A stretch of DNA of 64,000 nucleotides, taken from the IMG/VR virus record IMGVR_UViG_3300027849_000009. The stretch is one strand, 5' to 3'. Shown piece by piece: positions 44,834 to 53,514 of the stretch (the first letter of the stretch is position 1; the number at the start of each line of letters is the position of its first letter). The position numbers were made by a program, and so were the translations under genes. The notes below the pieces were generated by a model. The model saw only the letters and a list, made by a program, of their open reading frames with translations, did not search any database and was not told the DNA's origin. The stretch comes from a virus.

Positions 44834-46834
44834 ATGAAAACATTTAATGCGCTATCAGAAGAAGTAACTCAAAAGCAACTCAATGATGTTGAGAAGTTTG
44901 CGGATCGTATTCTCGCCAAGTTTAATGTAGACATTGAATTTACTCGACACTTTGCGGATCGTATGAATGATGATCGAAACAAACCCGCAGTTAGTGTTGC
45001 GGAGTTACAGCAGATATTCAAAAAGATTGCAAGAAAGAAAGCGAAGGATATAAGACAGAATCCAGACAGTGAAGCGGTCATAAAAGATATTCAAAAAGAC
45101 TTGAACTTGCCTGTGGTTATACGTTATAATAGAAACAAAGAAGAGTTTGAGGTTACTACAAAGACTATCATGCGCAAAAAAGATTTTAAAACCACAAGTA
45201 AAGTAATTACTACGGAAGCAAAAAAAATGAAAGATGACCCTTGTTGGAAAGATTACGAGATGGTAGGCACTAAGAAGAAGAATGGTAAAGAAGTGCCTAA
45301 CTGTGTACCAAAAGAAGATGTGTCCTTAGAGTCAACAAAGGAATACGGTAAGTCTCAGGCAGCGATTGCTCGTAAGCGTCAACAGGCAGCAATGCGTCCT
45401 GGTGAGATGGACAAGTTAAAGCGTCTCAAAGATATGCTCAAGAATGCTAATAATAAAGTTGGTGTTGTTAAAAAAGAATCTGTTGATGAAGCAACTATTG
45501 AAGAAGCAACAATGGGCCCAGACAAGTTAGAGATGCTACGTAAAGCATATGGTTCTGTTAATAAGATAGACCCCTCATCTCCTACGTATAAGAAGATGGA
45601 AAAAATGATTGATGGTATGAGTCAAGACCATTTGAAAGGTCTTGCTTTTGCTAAGATTAAATTCTTATCTATGTTGGCAGCAACTAAGTTACGTTACAAG
45701 CACAACGTAAAGTTAGACTTTGGTGACTACTGGGCAGAATCGGTCGATCATGATCTAGAACAAATCGAAGAAGCAGTTCAAGATTGGACAGTCACCGTTA
45801 CAAAACCTGTCAACAAATTAAAGAAAGGTGCCACACAAAAAGTTAAAGCACGTTCGGCATTTGAAGCAATTAACAAAGCAGTGAAACTGTGGGGCGATCC
45901 TGCTCTTAAAGCGGCACCAATGAATTCGTTTAGTATTACTAAAGAATCTGTTGAACTTGACGAAGCGGCGGGCAAATATTCAAAATCTGGTGATAATCTA
46001 ATGTATAAATGGGGTGATGTTAATAAAGCACTAATGAATGCTGGTTTAAACCCTAGAGCAATATTAAATGTTCTTACCGATCTTTCTAAAAAGGAAGTCA
46101 AAGAGTCTGTTGAACTTGACGAAGGGTACCAAAATAAAGTTTTAGCAAGTAAAGGTCAGTGGGTATTTCAAAATAAAGGCGAAATTCAGCAAATTAAATA
46201 TAAAGGAAAAGTAATTGGAGATGGTTACTATGACCAAGGGTCAGATAGTTTTGATGTAAGTTGGACAGATTTTAAGCGTGGTCAAAAGAATAACCGCAAA
46301 GGAGGAACAATGTTTGATACCGCACAGGATGTCGTAGACTTTTTCTCTAAGATGAAAATTACAGAGTCTGTTGACCTTGACGAAGCAAGACAAATGAAAG
46401 ACCCTAAGAAAGACTCTATGGTCACTAAGAGTGGTAAGACTATCGTAATCGACAAGTCTAAGGAATCAGAGTACCTCAAGAAAGGTTGGACTCTTGCTGA
46501 GAATGAGACTGTCAAAGAGTCTAATAACTTCTTTAAGTTCCGCGACTCATTGAATGAGAAGAAAGATTCTGCTGCCGATTTGTACTTTGATACTTACTCT
46601 GCCGCAGTACAACACGCAAAGGCGCAAGCAGAGAAGAAAGGTTTTGAAGTTGTCGAAGATGATTGGTTCACTCAAGTGACCACAGGCAAAGGGAAACCTG
46701 GTCGTGGTAAGACTACACGCCACACTCTGAAACTTCTCAAGAATGATAAACCAGTACGTAAAAGTCTTGCTATTCAGGTATACAACCGTGATACCAATAA
46801 GAACACTTACGAACTTAATATGTACATATCCTAA
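44834..46834 (+). CDS. Multi-module putative internal polyprotein; N-terminal RegB/RelE-like domain
   Basis: MKTFNALSE; FTRHFADR; CWKDY..VPNCVP; repeated ESV(E/D)LDE linkers. Confidence 0.7.
   Translation: MKTFNALSEEVTQKQLNDVEKFADRILAKFNVDIEFTRHFADRMNDDRNKPAVSVAELQQIFKKIARKKAKDIRQNPDSEAVIKDIQKDLNLPVVIRYNRNKEEFEVTTKTIMRKKDFKTTSKVITTEAKKMKDDPCWKDYEMVGTKKKNGKEVPNCVPKEDVSLESTKEYGKSQAAIARKRQQAAMRPGEMDKLKRLKDMLKNANNKVGVVKKESVDEATIEEATMGPDKLEMLRKAYGSVNKIDPSSPTYKKMEKMIDGMSQDHLKGLAFAKIKFLSMLAATKLRYKHNVKLDFGDYWAESVDHDLEQIEEAVQDWTVTVTKPVNKLKKGATQKVKARSAFEAINKAVKLWGDPALKAAPMNSFSITKESVELDEAAGKYSKSGDNLMYKWGDVNKALMNAGLNPRAILNVLTDLSKKEVKESVELDEGYQNKVLASKGQWVFQNKGEIQQIKYKGKVIGDGYYDQGSDSFDVSWTDFKRGQKNNRKGGTMFDTAQDVVDFFSKMKITESVDLDEARQMKDPKKDSMVTKSGKTIVIDKSKESEYLKKGWTLAENETVKESNNFFKFRDSLNEKKDSAADLYFDTYSAAVQHAKAQAEKKGFEVVEDDWFTQVTTGKGKPGRGKTTRHTLKLLKNDKPVRKSLAIQVYNRDTNKNTYELNMYIS
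45473..46386 (+). repeat. Four copies of a 20-26-bp linker repeat encoding ESV(EL)DE
   Basis: AAAGAATCTGTTGATGAAGC 45473; AAAGAATCTGTTGAACTTGACGAAG 45941; AAAGAGTCTGTTGAACTTGACGAAG 46100; ACAGAGTCTGTTGACCTTGACGAAG 46361. Confidence 0.85.
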
Positions 46835-47166
46835 TGAAAAAGTTTAGTTCTTTCATAAAGGAAGACTGTACTTGTGAAGAACTAGAAATCACAGAGGCGG
46901 AATATCAGGGTAAATCTGTTACACTAAATAATCCCTTTAGACTGCCTTCTGGTAATAAGAAGAAGTTTGGCGTATACGTTACCAATAAGAAAGGTAATAT
47001 AGTTAAAGTTACGTTTGGTGATCCTAACATGGAGATCAAACGTGATGATCCCGAAAGACGAAAGTCCTTCAGAGCGCGGCACAATTGTGCTGATAAGAAA
47101 GATAAAACCACTCCGGGTTATTGGAGTTGCTATCAATGGAGGGCATCTGCGAAAGTAGATAACTAG
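46834..47166 (+). CDS. Conserved putative internal protein
   Basis: MKKFSSFIKE; FGDPNM...RKSFRARHNC...YWSC. Confidence 0.75.
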   Translation: MKKFSSFIKEDCTCEELEITEAEYQGKSVTLNNPFRLPSGNKKKFGVYVTNKKGNIVKVTFGDPNMEIKRDDPERRKSFRARHNCADKKDKTTPGYWSCYQWRASAKVDN

Positions 47167-47171
47167 ATTGT

Positions 47172-47471
47172 ATGGGAAATATGACAAACGCAGATCGACT
47201 AGGCAGAATAGAGGACAAGATTGACCAAATGTCCGAAGCAATCATCTCACTCGCAAGAGTGCAGGAGAAAGTGTCGGACTTGGAGAATCGAAGAGCGGAG
47301 CAACACGAACGTATGAATCAACACTCTAAGAAATTAGATGACATAGATATTAAAGTCACTACGTTGATGGAAAAAGTAAACAACATACAGATGGTGGGAC
47401 TCGCGGCAGGCGGTCTGATAGCAACAATTTTTTTAGCACTACTAACTGGGCAGATAGTAATCGGCCAATAA
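47172..47471 (+). CDS. Coiled-coil protein with C-terminal TM
   Basis: RL.RIE.KID.., C-terminal hydrophobic helix. Confidence 0.7.
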   Translation: MGNMTNADRLGRIEDKIDQMSEAIISLARVQEKVSDLENRRAEQHERMNQHSKKLDDIDIKVTTLMEKVNNIQMVGLAAGGLIATIFLALLTGQIVIGQ

Positions 47472-47489
47472 ACGCAACTGGAGAACAAA

Positions 47490-48518
47490 ATGAATCCCGA
47501 GTACATTAAAAATATCGCCCAACTATGGCAAGACGTACAAGAAGGCGAAAAGAAGAAATTAGATCCCGTAGATGATAAAGCGAACGATAAGAAGTTCGTT
47601 AATCGCAAAGACAAAGACATTGACAACGATGGCGATGTTGATTCATCTGATGAGTTTCTGCATAAGAAACGCAAAGCAATCGATGATAAGATTGATGGCG
47701 GTAAGAAACCTGCTAAGGAATCTTGCGGCGATGACGATAAGAAGGTGAAGAAAGAGTCGGACGAAGATATGACTCCTTGTCCTGATTGCGAAGGTTCTAC
47801 TGAAAATCACGAACCTGATTGTCCTAAAGCAGACAAAGGTAAAAAAGAAGTAGAAGAAGGCAGAGTGAAAGATCAAATGGTTACAGATTCCGAGAAGATG
47901 TCTAAGAAAGACTTCATTAAGAAGTACGGAAAAGAAATGGCAGATGATCTTTATGAAGCAAAAGAATATTCTTACACGGTTGTTCATGCTAAGAAAGGTA
48001 AGGTAGTAGTTACTGCCCCTACTTCATATGATGCGGCACAGAAAGCGGCAAAGCAATGGAAACTGAAGTCTACCGGTGGTGTTGATGCGCATCTTATGAA
48101 AGAGTCAAACACTGTTACTCATGCTCACCACGGTTACGGTGAAATTCTGCAACGTACTGATGAAGGCATAGATGTTATGTTTGAACATGGCGTTGAAATG
48201 GGTATGAGCGAAGCAACTCTAACATTCCTAGAGACTGTTGCCGCTACTACACTAGCAAAGAAAGCGACTCAAGTTGCTGGCGGTGGAGAGAAGACTGGAC
48301 AAAATGCTTCTAAAGGCGAGAAAGAATTTGCTGATAAGCATGACAAAGATGATCCAAAGTTAGCGGCAGATGATGCTGATGGACACGAAGATGCTACTAA
48401 AGCAGGACGTGCAGTTAAGTCTCAGTCTGGTACTCGTGGTAACGAACCTCGTATCGGTGACAAGACTATTGTAAATCCTGTTAAGGGTGCTGTAACTAAA
48501 ACTACTGGTAAGGAATAA
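47490..48518 (+). CDS. Charged multi-module protein, putative head/core
   Basis: DIDNDGDVD, CPDC..C, several xxE|A/S/G junctions. Confidence 0.7.
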   Translation: MNPEYIKNIAQLWQDVQEGEKKKLDPVDDKANDKKFVNRKDKDIDNDGDVDSSDEFLHKKRKAIDDKIDGGKKPAKESCGDDDKKVKKESDEDMTPCPDCEGSTENHEPDCPKADKGKKEVEEGRVKDQMVTDSEKMSKKDFIKKYGKEMADDLYEAKEYSYTVVHAKKGKVVVTAPTSYDAAQKAAKQWKLKSTGGVDAHLMKESNTVTHAHHGYGEILQRTDEGIDVMFEHGVEMGMSEATLTFLETVAATTLAKKATQVAGGGEKTGQNASKGEKEFADKHDKDDPKLAADDADGHEDATKAGRAVKSQSGTRGNEPRIGDKTIVNPVKGAVTKTTGKE

Positions 48519-48522
48519 GATT

Positions 48523-48786
48523 ATGCCTATTAGAGGTCCTAAGAATGCTACTCCAACTCCAATCGGTTGGGTTTCACCAAAAGGCGAATTGCTAAAGAGT
48601 CAACGTATTACTTCTCAGCAAATCGCAGAGTTTCATGGCGATGTTCCATCAACTGCAACTCAGTTAAACGAAGCACCTGTTCACCAGACTTCATTGGGTG
48701 CTATGACAGATGTGGAACTAGAAGTAACTTCACTGCATTATGATATCGACTTGTCTTCGGGTATCACCGAAGAGTTAGAAGATTAA
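48523..48786 (+). CDS. Hypothetical protein
   Basis: P...TP.GW...KGELL. Confidence 0.65.
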   Translation: MPIRGPKNATPTPIGWVSPKGELLKSQRITSQQIAEFHGDVPSTATQLNEAPVHQTSLGAMTDVELEVTSLHYDIDLSSGITEELED

Positions 48787-48787
48787 T

Positions 48788-49105
48788 ATGTCAGAAGAAC
48801 TAGATAAGATCCATCATCCTGCTGATACCAACGGTGATGGAAAGGTATCAAAAGAAGAAGAAGCAATGTACTTAGAGTTTAAACGTAAAGAACTCGACGA
48901 TGCTGATGCTATGCGAGACGCACAACGTAAGATGGCGTGGTTCGCATTGTTCGGTATGTTGTTATATCCCTTTGCTGTTGTACTTGCTTCTCTATTAGGT
49001 ATCGATACAGCGGCGAAGACTTTAGGTGATATGGCGCCTACTTACTTTGTATCTGTATCATTAATTGTTGGTGCTTTCTTTGGCGCTCAGGCACTGAAGA
49101 AATAG
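48788..49105 (+). CDS. Two-TM membrane protein with EF-hand-like loop (holin candidate)
   Basis: DTNGDGKVSKEE followed by two TMs. Confidence 0.6.
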   Translation: MSEELDKIHHPADTNGDGKVSKEEEAMYLEFKRKELDDADAMRDAQRKMAWFALFGMLLYPFAVVLASLLGIDTAAKTLGDMAPTYFVSVSLIVGAFFGAQALKK

Positions 49106-49144
49106 AAGTCTATATACTATACCAACATATAGACTATAGCAAAT

Positions 49145-49513
49145 ATGAAACTTTTTGAAACACTAGATGAATCTACGTTCCTGATCTTCTCAGCAAAGAA
49201 TTATTACAATCCTACTTGTATCGATGCTGAGGAGTTCTACGAAGATATAAAACGATTTAAGTATATCAAGCGTCTATTGAACAGACATCTTGATGGTGGT
49301 AAACTGTCAGTGAACTTGATATTAAATCATCTCATTGTTGTATTCAATGTGTTTGGTAATGAACCAGGTTTAAAGATGTTAGAGTACAAGTTAGATGACC
49401 GTCACTGGACATCAGTCAAACCATTCCTTGTATATCTAAGAGTAATAACAAACGAAACATATACGGGCATTGAAATGGATGCGCGTGTTATCGAAGAGTT
49501 GAGAAAGATATGA
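49145..49513 (+). CDS. Conserved T4-like hypothetical protein
   Basis: Y.NP.C...EF.ED.KRFKYIKRL, LILNH.I...NVF. Confidence 0.75.
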   Translation: MKLFETLDESTFLIFSAKNYYNPTCIDAEEFYEDIKRFKYIKRLLNRHLDGGKLSVNLILNHLIVVFNVFGNEPGLKMLEYKLDDRHWTSVKPFLVYLRVITNETYTGIEMDARVIEELRKI

Positions 49514-50097
49514 GTTTAGCAAGTAAAGCGGGTGATCTGCTCTATACGTTTAGATTCTTGAAGATGTTGACTACACCTTGGGATGAGACTGATGCATTTA
49601 AATTAGGTCTTATTGATGAGAAAGGTAAGCGAATCAAGAGCGAGAAAGTCGATTCATCTGACAAGAAAACCGCGTTAGGTCCTTTCGTTCGTCTCGTGTT
49701 TAATGTCAAAAGAGCAATAGGCAAGATACCTGGTGGCAAGACTACTTTAGGTTCTTATGCGGCAGCACTCTTTCTACTCAAAGAACATTATAGTGTCGGT
49801 GAGAATAATCTAACAAGAATATGTGTCGAAGCGGGTATTGATCCACTTGATATGATAGCAGAAGACCATGCTTGGTACGTACTTGAGAACAACCAATTAG
49901 CACCAGGAATATATCGCGTAAAGGGTGATAAACTTCTTGGCGAAGGACTCGAAGATGCAGTTCGTGCTAAAGACCAAATTCGTATACTTGACGAATCATT
50001 TCCAGTCGGTGATGTGTTCGGCATGAACGTGTATGAAGCAATGCACCTAACTACTAACAAGATGGTGTATATCACACTAGGAGAAATCTACAAATGA
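49510..50097 (+). CDS. Conserved T4-like hypothetical protein
   Basis: YTFRFLK.LTTPW..T.AFKLG.ID, YAAALFLLKE. Confidence 0.75.
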   Translation: MSLASKAGDLLYTFRFLKMLTTPWDETDAFKLGLIDEKGKRIKSEKVDSSDKKTALGPFVRLVFNVKRAIGKIPGGKTTLGSYAAALFLLKEHYSVGENNLTRICVEAGIDPLDMIAEDHAWYVLENNQLAPGIYRVKGDKLLGEGLEDAVRAKDQIRILDESFPVGDVFGMNVYEAMHLTTNKMVYITLGEIYK

Positions 50098-50270
50098 AAT
50101 CGTTCAAAGAATTTATGGTAGAAGAACCTACAGTCTCCACTGGTCCCGGTATCGCAGGCACAAGTCCTGGTGATCCTGCTGACTGGACACATGGAAAGAA
50201 GAAAAAGCGTAAACCCCTAACTCGTTCTTTTATAGAGATAATGGGCAAGCGTAAAAAACTTATCAAATAA
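50094..50270 (+). CDS. Small putative internal protein (58 aa, not in track)
   Basis: MKSFKEFMVEE...; AGGAG SD. Confidence 0.7.
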   Translation: MKSFKEFMVEEPTVSTGPGIAGTSPGDPADWTHGKKKKRKPLTRSFIEIMGKRKKLIK

Positions 50271-50367
50271 AACCTCGAAATAGATTGACATCCTCTCGAT
50301 TGTAGTGTACAATAAGCACTATATAAACGACTAGACCCAAAAATAAAATAATAGATGAGTAGAATTA

Positions 50368-52356
50368 ATGCCAGTAAAAATTGATAAGAAGCGTGATGCA
50401 CTATTAAAAGATTACGCAGTAGGTATGTTGAAAGACTTCTACTTAAATGATAATGAAAATTCTCCGCAAGAAGCATTCGCTAGAGCATCAACAGCATGGT
50501 CAAGATACGAAGGACAATTGGACGAAGCATTAGCACAACGACTCTATGATTTTGTTTCGAAGAAGTGGTTTATGTTTGCTAGTCCTGTACTATCTAATGC
50601 GCCTACTGATAAGAAGAAAGATAAAGGGATGCCTATCTCATGCTTTCTAACTTATGTTCCAGATACATTAGAAGGACTAATTGGTCACTCATCTGAGTTA
50701 AGATGGTTGTCAGTCTATGGTGGTGGAGTTGGTGGTCATTGGAGTGATGTACGTACAGTATCAGATGTAGCACCTGGTCCTATGCCATTCTTACATACTG
50801 TCGATGCTGACATGATTGCATATAAACAAGGCAAGACTCGCAAGGGTTCTTATGCCGCATATATGGATGTAAGTCACCCTGACATTATAGAGTTTTTGAA
50901 CATGCGTGTGCCTACGGGTGACGTACAGCGTAAAGCATTGAACTTGCATAATGCAATCAATATTACTGATGAGTTCATGGAAGCGGTTACTAAGAATCTT
51001 TTGTTCGATCTACGTGATCCGAAAGGACAAAAAGTTAAAGAATCAATCAATGCTCGTAAGTTATGGGAACGTATTCTTGAGACTCGATTCAGAACAGGCG
51101 AACCTTACTTAAACTTTATTGACACTGCTAACAGAGACTTACCTCAACCATTGAAAGACCTAGGTCTGAAGATTAATGGTTCGAATCTCTGTAATGAAAT
51201 TCACTTACCCACATCGAAAGACCGAACTGCTGTATGTTGTTTGTCTTCATTAAATCTGGAATACTATGATGAATGGAAAGATACTACTATTGTTCGTGAC
51301 CTTATTCGTATGCTTGATAACGTCTTGCAGTACTTCATTGACGAAGCACCCAACACAATTGAACGTGCAAAATATAGCGCCGCAAGAGAGAGATCGCTCG
51401 GACTTGGAGCGATGGGATTCCATAGTCTATTGCAACGACACGGTGTTGCATGGGAGTCACAGGCAGCGCGGGAAATTAACGATGCTGTGTTTAAACACAT
51501 TAATACCCAAGCGATTCTGGAGACTGAAGTCTTGGCACAAGAGAGAGGTGAATATCTCGATGGTCAGGGAAGTGGACGGAGAAATAGTCATCTCATGGCA
51601 GTGGCACCCAACGCTTCAAGTGGAGTAATACTAAGTACTAGTCCTTCGATTGAACCAAGTAAAGCAAACGCATACACACACCGTACTCGTGCTGGATCGT
51701 TTCTTGTTAAGAATCCATACTTGATTCAATTACTGATAGATAAGGGTGAAGATAACGAGTCTAACTGGACAAGTATCATCACCAACAAAGGTTCTGTTCA
51801 ACACTTACCGTTTATGACTGAAGGCGAGAAAGCAATCTTCAAGACTGCGCAAGAGTTAGATCAGAACTGGGTAGTTCAACACGCAGGTGAACGTCAGAAG
51901 TATATCTGCCAGGGTCAGAGTGTTAATCTATTCTTTCCAGCAGGTACTCCTAAGTCGTATGTAAACAAAGTACATATCAATGCATGGAAACTAGGACTGA
52001 AAGGACTGTACTATCTACGTACAGAAGCGAAGTCTCGTGCAGAGAATGTATCAGAGAAAGTAGAAAGAGTAGCACTAGAAGGTGATAAGCGAAACGTAGT
52101 ATATTCTAAACCAGATTGTCCATTCTGTCAATTGGCGAAAGAAGAAATGAGACTACGTGGTATTCCATATGATGAAGTTAATCTAACTGAGGTAGGTAAG
52201 ACAGCGGCAGAAGTAACTGGTCGTAAAGATGTTAAAACAGTTCCACAGATATATATTGGTGGAGAATATATTGGTGGGTATGAAGACCTTATGTCATACC
52301 TAGATAAAGAAGTTGAAAACGATGGCGATGACGAATGTCTCGCGTGTTCAGGATAA
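50368..52356 (+). CDS. nrdA: Class Ia ribonucleotide reductase alpha with inserted glutaredoxin domain
   Basis: PISCF, SNLCNE, APNASS, LYYLR; Grx CPFC...TVPQI..GGY; terminal CLACSG. Confidence 0.95.
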   Translation: MPVKIDKKRDALLKDYAVGMLKDFYLNDNENSPQEAFARASTAWSRYEGQLDEALAQRLYDFVSKKWFMFASPVLSNAPTDKKKDKGMPISCFLTYVPDTLEGLIGHSSELRWLSVYGGGVGGHWSDVRTVSDVAPGPMPFLHTVDADMIAYKQGKTRKGSYAAYMDVSHPDIIEFLNMRVPTGDVQRKALNLHNAINITDEFMEAVTKNLLFDLRDPKGQKVKESINARKLWERILETRFRTGEPYLNFIDTANRDLPQPLKDLGLKINGSNLCNEIHLPTSKDRTAVCCLSSLNLEYYDEWKDTTIVRDLIRMLDNVLQYFIDEAPNTIERAKYSAARERSLGLGAMGFHSLLQRHGVAWESQAAREINDAVFKHINTQAILETEVLAQERGEYLDGQGSGRRNSHLMAVAPNASSGVILSTSPSIEPSKANAYTHRTRAGSFLVKNPYLIQLLIDKGEDNESNWTSIITNKGSVQHLPFMTEGEKAIFKTAQELDQNWVVQHAGERQKYICQGQSVNLFFPAGTPKSYVNKVHINAWKLGLKGLYYLRTEAKSRAENVSEKVERVALEGDKRNVVYSKPDCPFCQLAKEEMRLRGIPYDEVNLTEVGKTAAEVTGRKDVKTVPQIYIGGEYIGGYEDLMSYLDKEVENDGDDECLACSG

Positions 52357-52368
52357 GAGAGTAGATTA

Positions 52369-53337
52369 ATGGCATTATTAGAATTCAGTAAAAGTTACAA
52401 ACCATTCTATTACCCTTGGGCGGTAGACTTGACAAAGAAACATGAAGAGATACATTGGGTAGAAGACGAAGCAGAGTTAAGCGAAGACGTACAAGATTGG
52501 AAAACTAAGTTAAGTGAAGAGGAGAAGGAGTTTGTTACACAGATTCTACGTCTATTCACACAGTCAGATGTTCAAGTAGGCGAGAACTACCACGAGTTAT
52601 TGATCCCTAAGTTTAAGAACAACGAGATCCGTAACATGCTATCGTCCTTTGCTAATCGCGAAGGTGTACATCAACGTGCATATGCTCTGTTGAATGATAC
52701 GCTTGGATTGCCAGACGAAGACTTCCACAAGTTTCTTGAATACAAAGCGATGGCAGAGAAACTGGACTTCATGAAAGAAGGCAGTATCAATACACATACA
52801 GGTCTTGCACTAGTATTAGCACAGTCAGTATTCAACGAAGGTATGAGTTTGTTCTCTTCGTTCGTTATGCTATTGAACTTCCAGCGTTTCGGTAAGATGA
52901 AAGGCATGGGTACTATTGTTGAGTGGTCTATTCGTGATGAGACTCTACACGTACAAGGCAACGCTAAGTTGTTCCGTGAGTTCTGCGAAGAGCATCCACG
53001 CATTGTCAATGACGAATTAAAGTCAAAGATTTATGAGATGGCAAAGAATGCTGTTAAGTTAGAAGATAAGTTTATTGACTTAGCATACAACAACCACGAG
53101 ATCGAAGGTCTTGCAAAAGAAGATGTTAAGCAATACATTCGACACATTGCTGATCGACGCTTGTTACAACTAGGCATGAAACCTAAGTTTAAAGTAAAAG
53201 AGAATCCATTACCTTGGTTGGACTGGGTACTCAATGGAGCATCTCATGATAATTTCTTTGAGAAGCGAGTCACTGAGTACTCTGTAAATGGTATGGACGG
53301 TGATTGGGGATGGGATGAAGAAGGAGTGCCTGCATGA
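52369..53337 (+). CDS. nrdB: Ribonucleotide reductase beta
   Basis: EGVHQRAY, EGMSLFSSF, RDETLH, NFFEKRVTEY. Confidence 0.95.
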   Translation: MALLEFSKSYKPFYYPWAVDLTKKHEEIHWVEDEAELSEDVQDWKTKLSEEEKEFVTQILRLFTQSDVQVGENYHELLIPKFKNNEIRNMLSSFANREGVHQRAYALLNDTLGLPDEDFHKFLEYKAMAEKLDFMKEGSINTHTGLALVLAQSVFNEGMSLFSSFVMLLNFQRFGKMKGMGTIVEWSIRDETLHVQGNAKLFREFCEEHPRIVNDELKSKIYEMAKNAVKLEDKFIDLAYNNHEIEGLAKEDVKQYIRHIADRRLLQLGMKPKFKVKENPLPWLDWVLNGASHDNFFEKRVTEYSVNGMDGDWGWDEEGVPA

Positions 53338-53483
53338 TGGAAGACACCCGTAGATTTATGACTGAATGTCCGGTATGTGATAGTAACTGTTTCATCGATG
53401 TGTTAAACGTCGATGAGGCAGTGATATACTGTCCCATGTGCGGAACTGAAGCAGAAGTGGAAGAGGTTTTTATAGAAGACTAA
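53334..53483 (+). CDS. Small zinc-ribbon protein (49 aa, not in track)
   Basis: CPVC...CPMCG. Confidence 0.65.
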   Translation: MMEDTRRFMTECPVCDSNCFIDVLNVDEAVIYCPMCGTEAEVEEVFIED

Positions 53484-53514
53484 ATAGTGTTATCTTCAAT
53501 CAAGGTAGCACTAC

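Noticed and set aside
45473-46386. Linker repeats as a CRISPR array
   Set aside because: The spacing is irregular and long (about 160-470 bp), the repeats are in frame within a CDS, and no cas genes are present.
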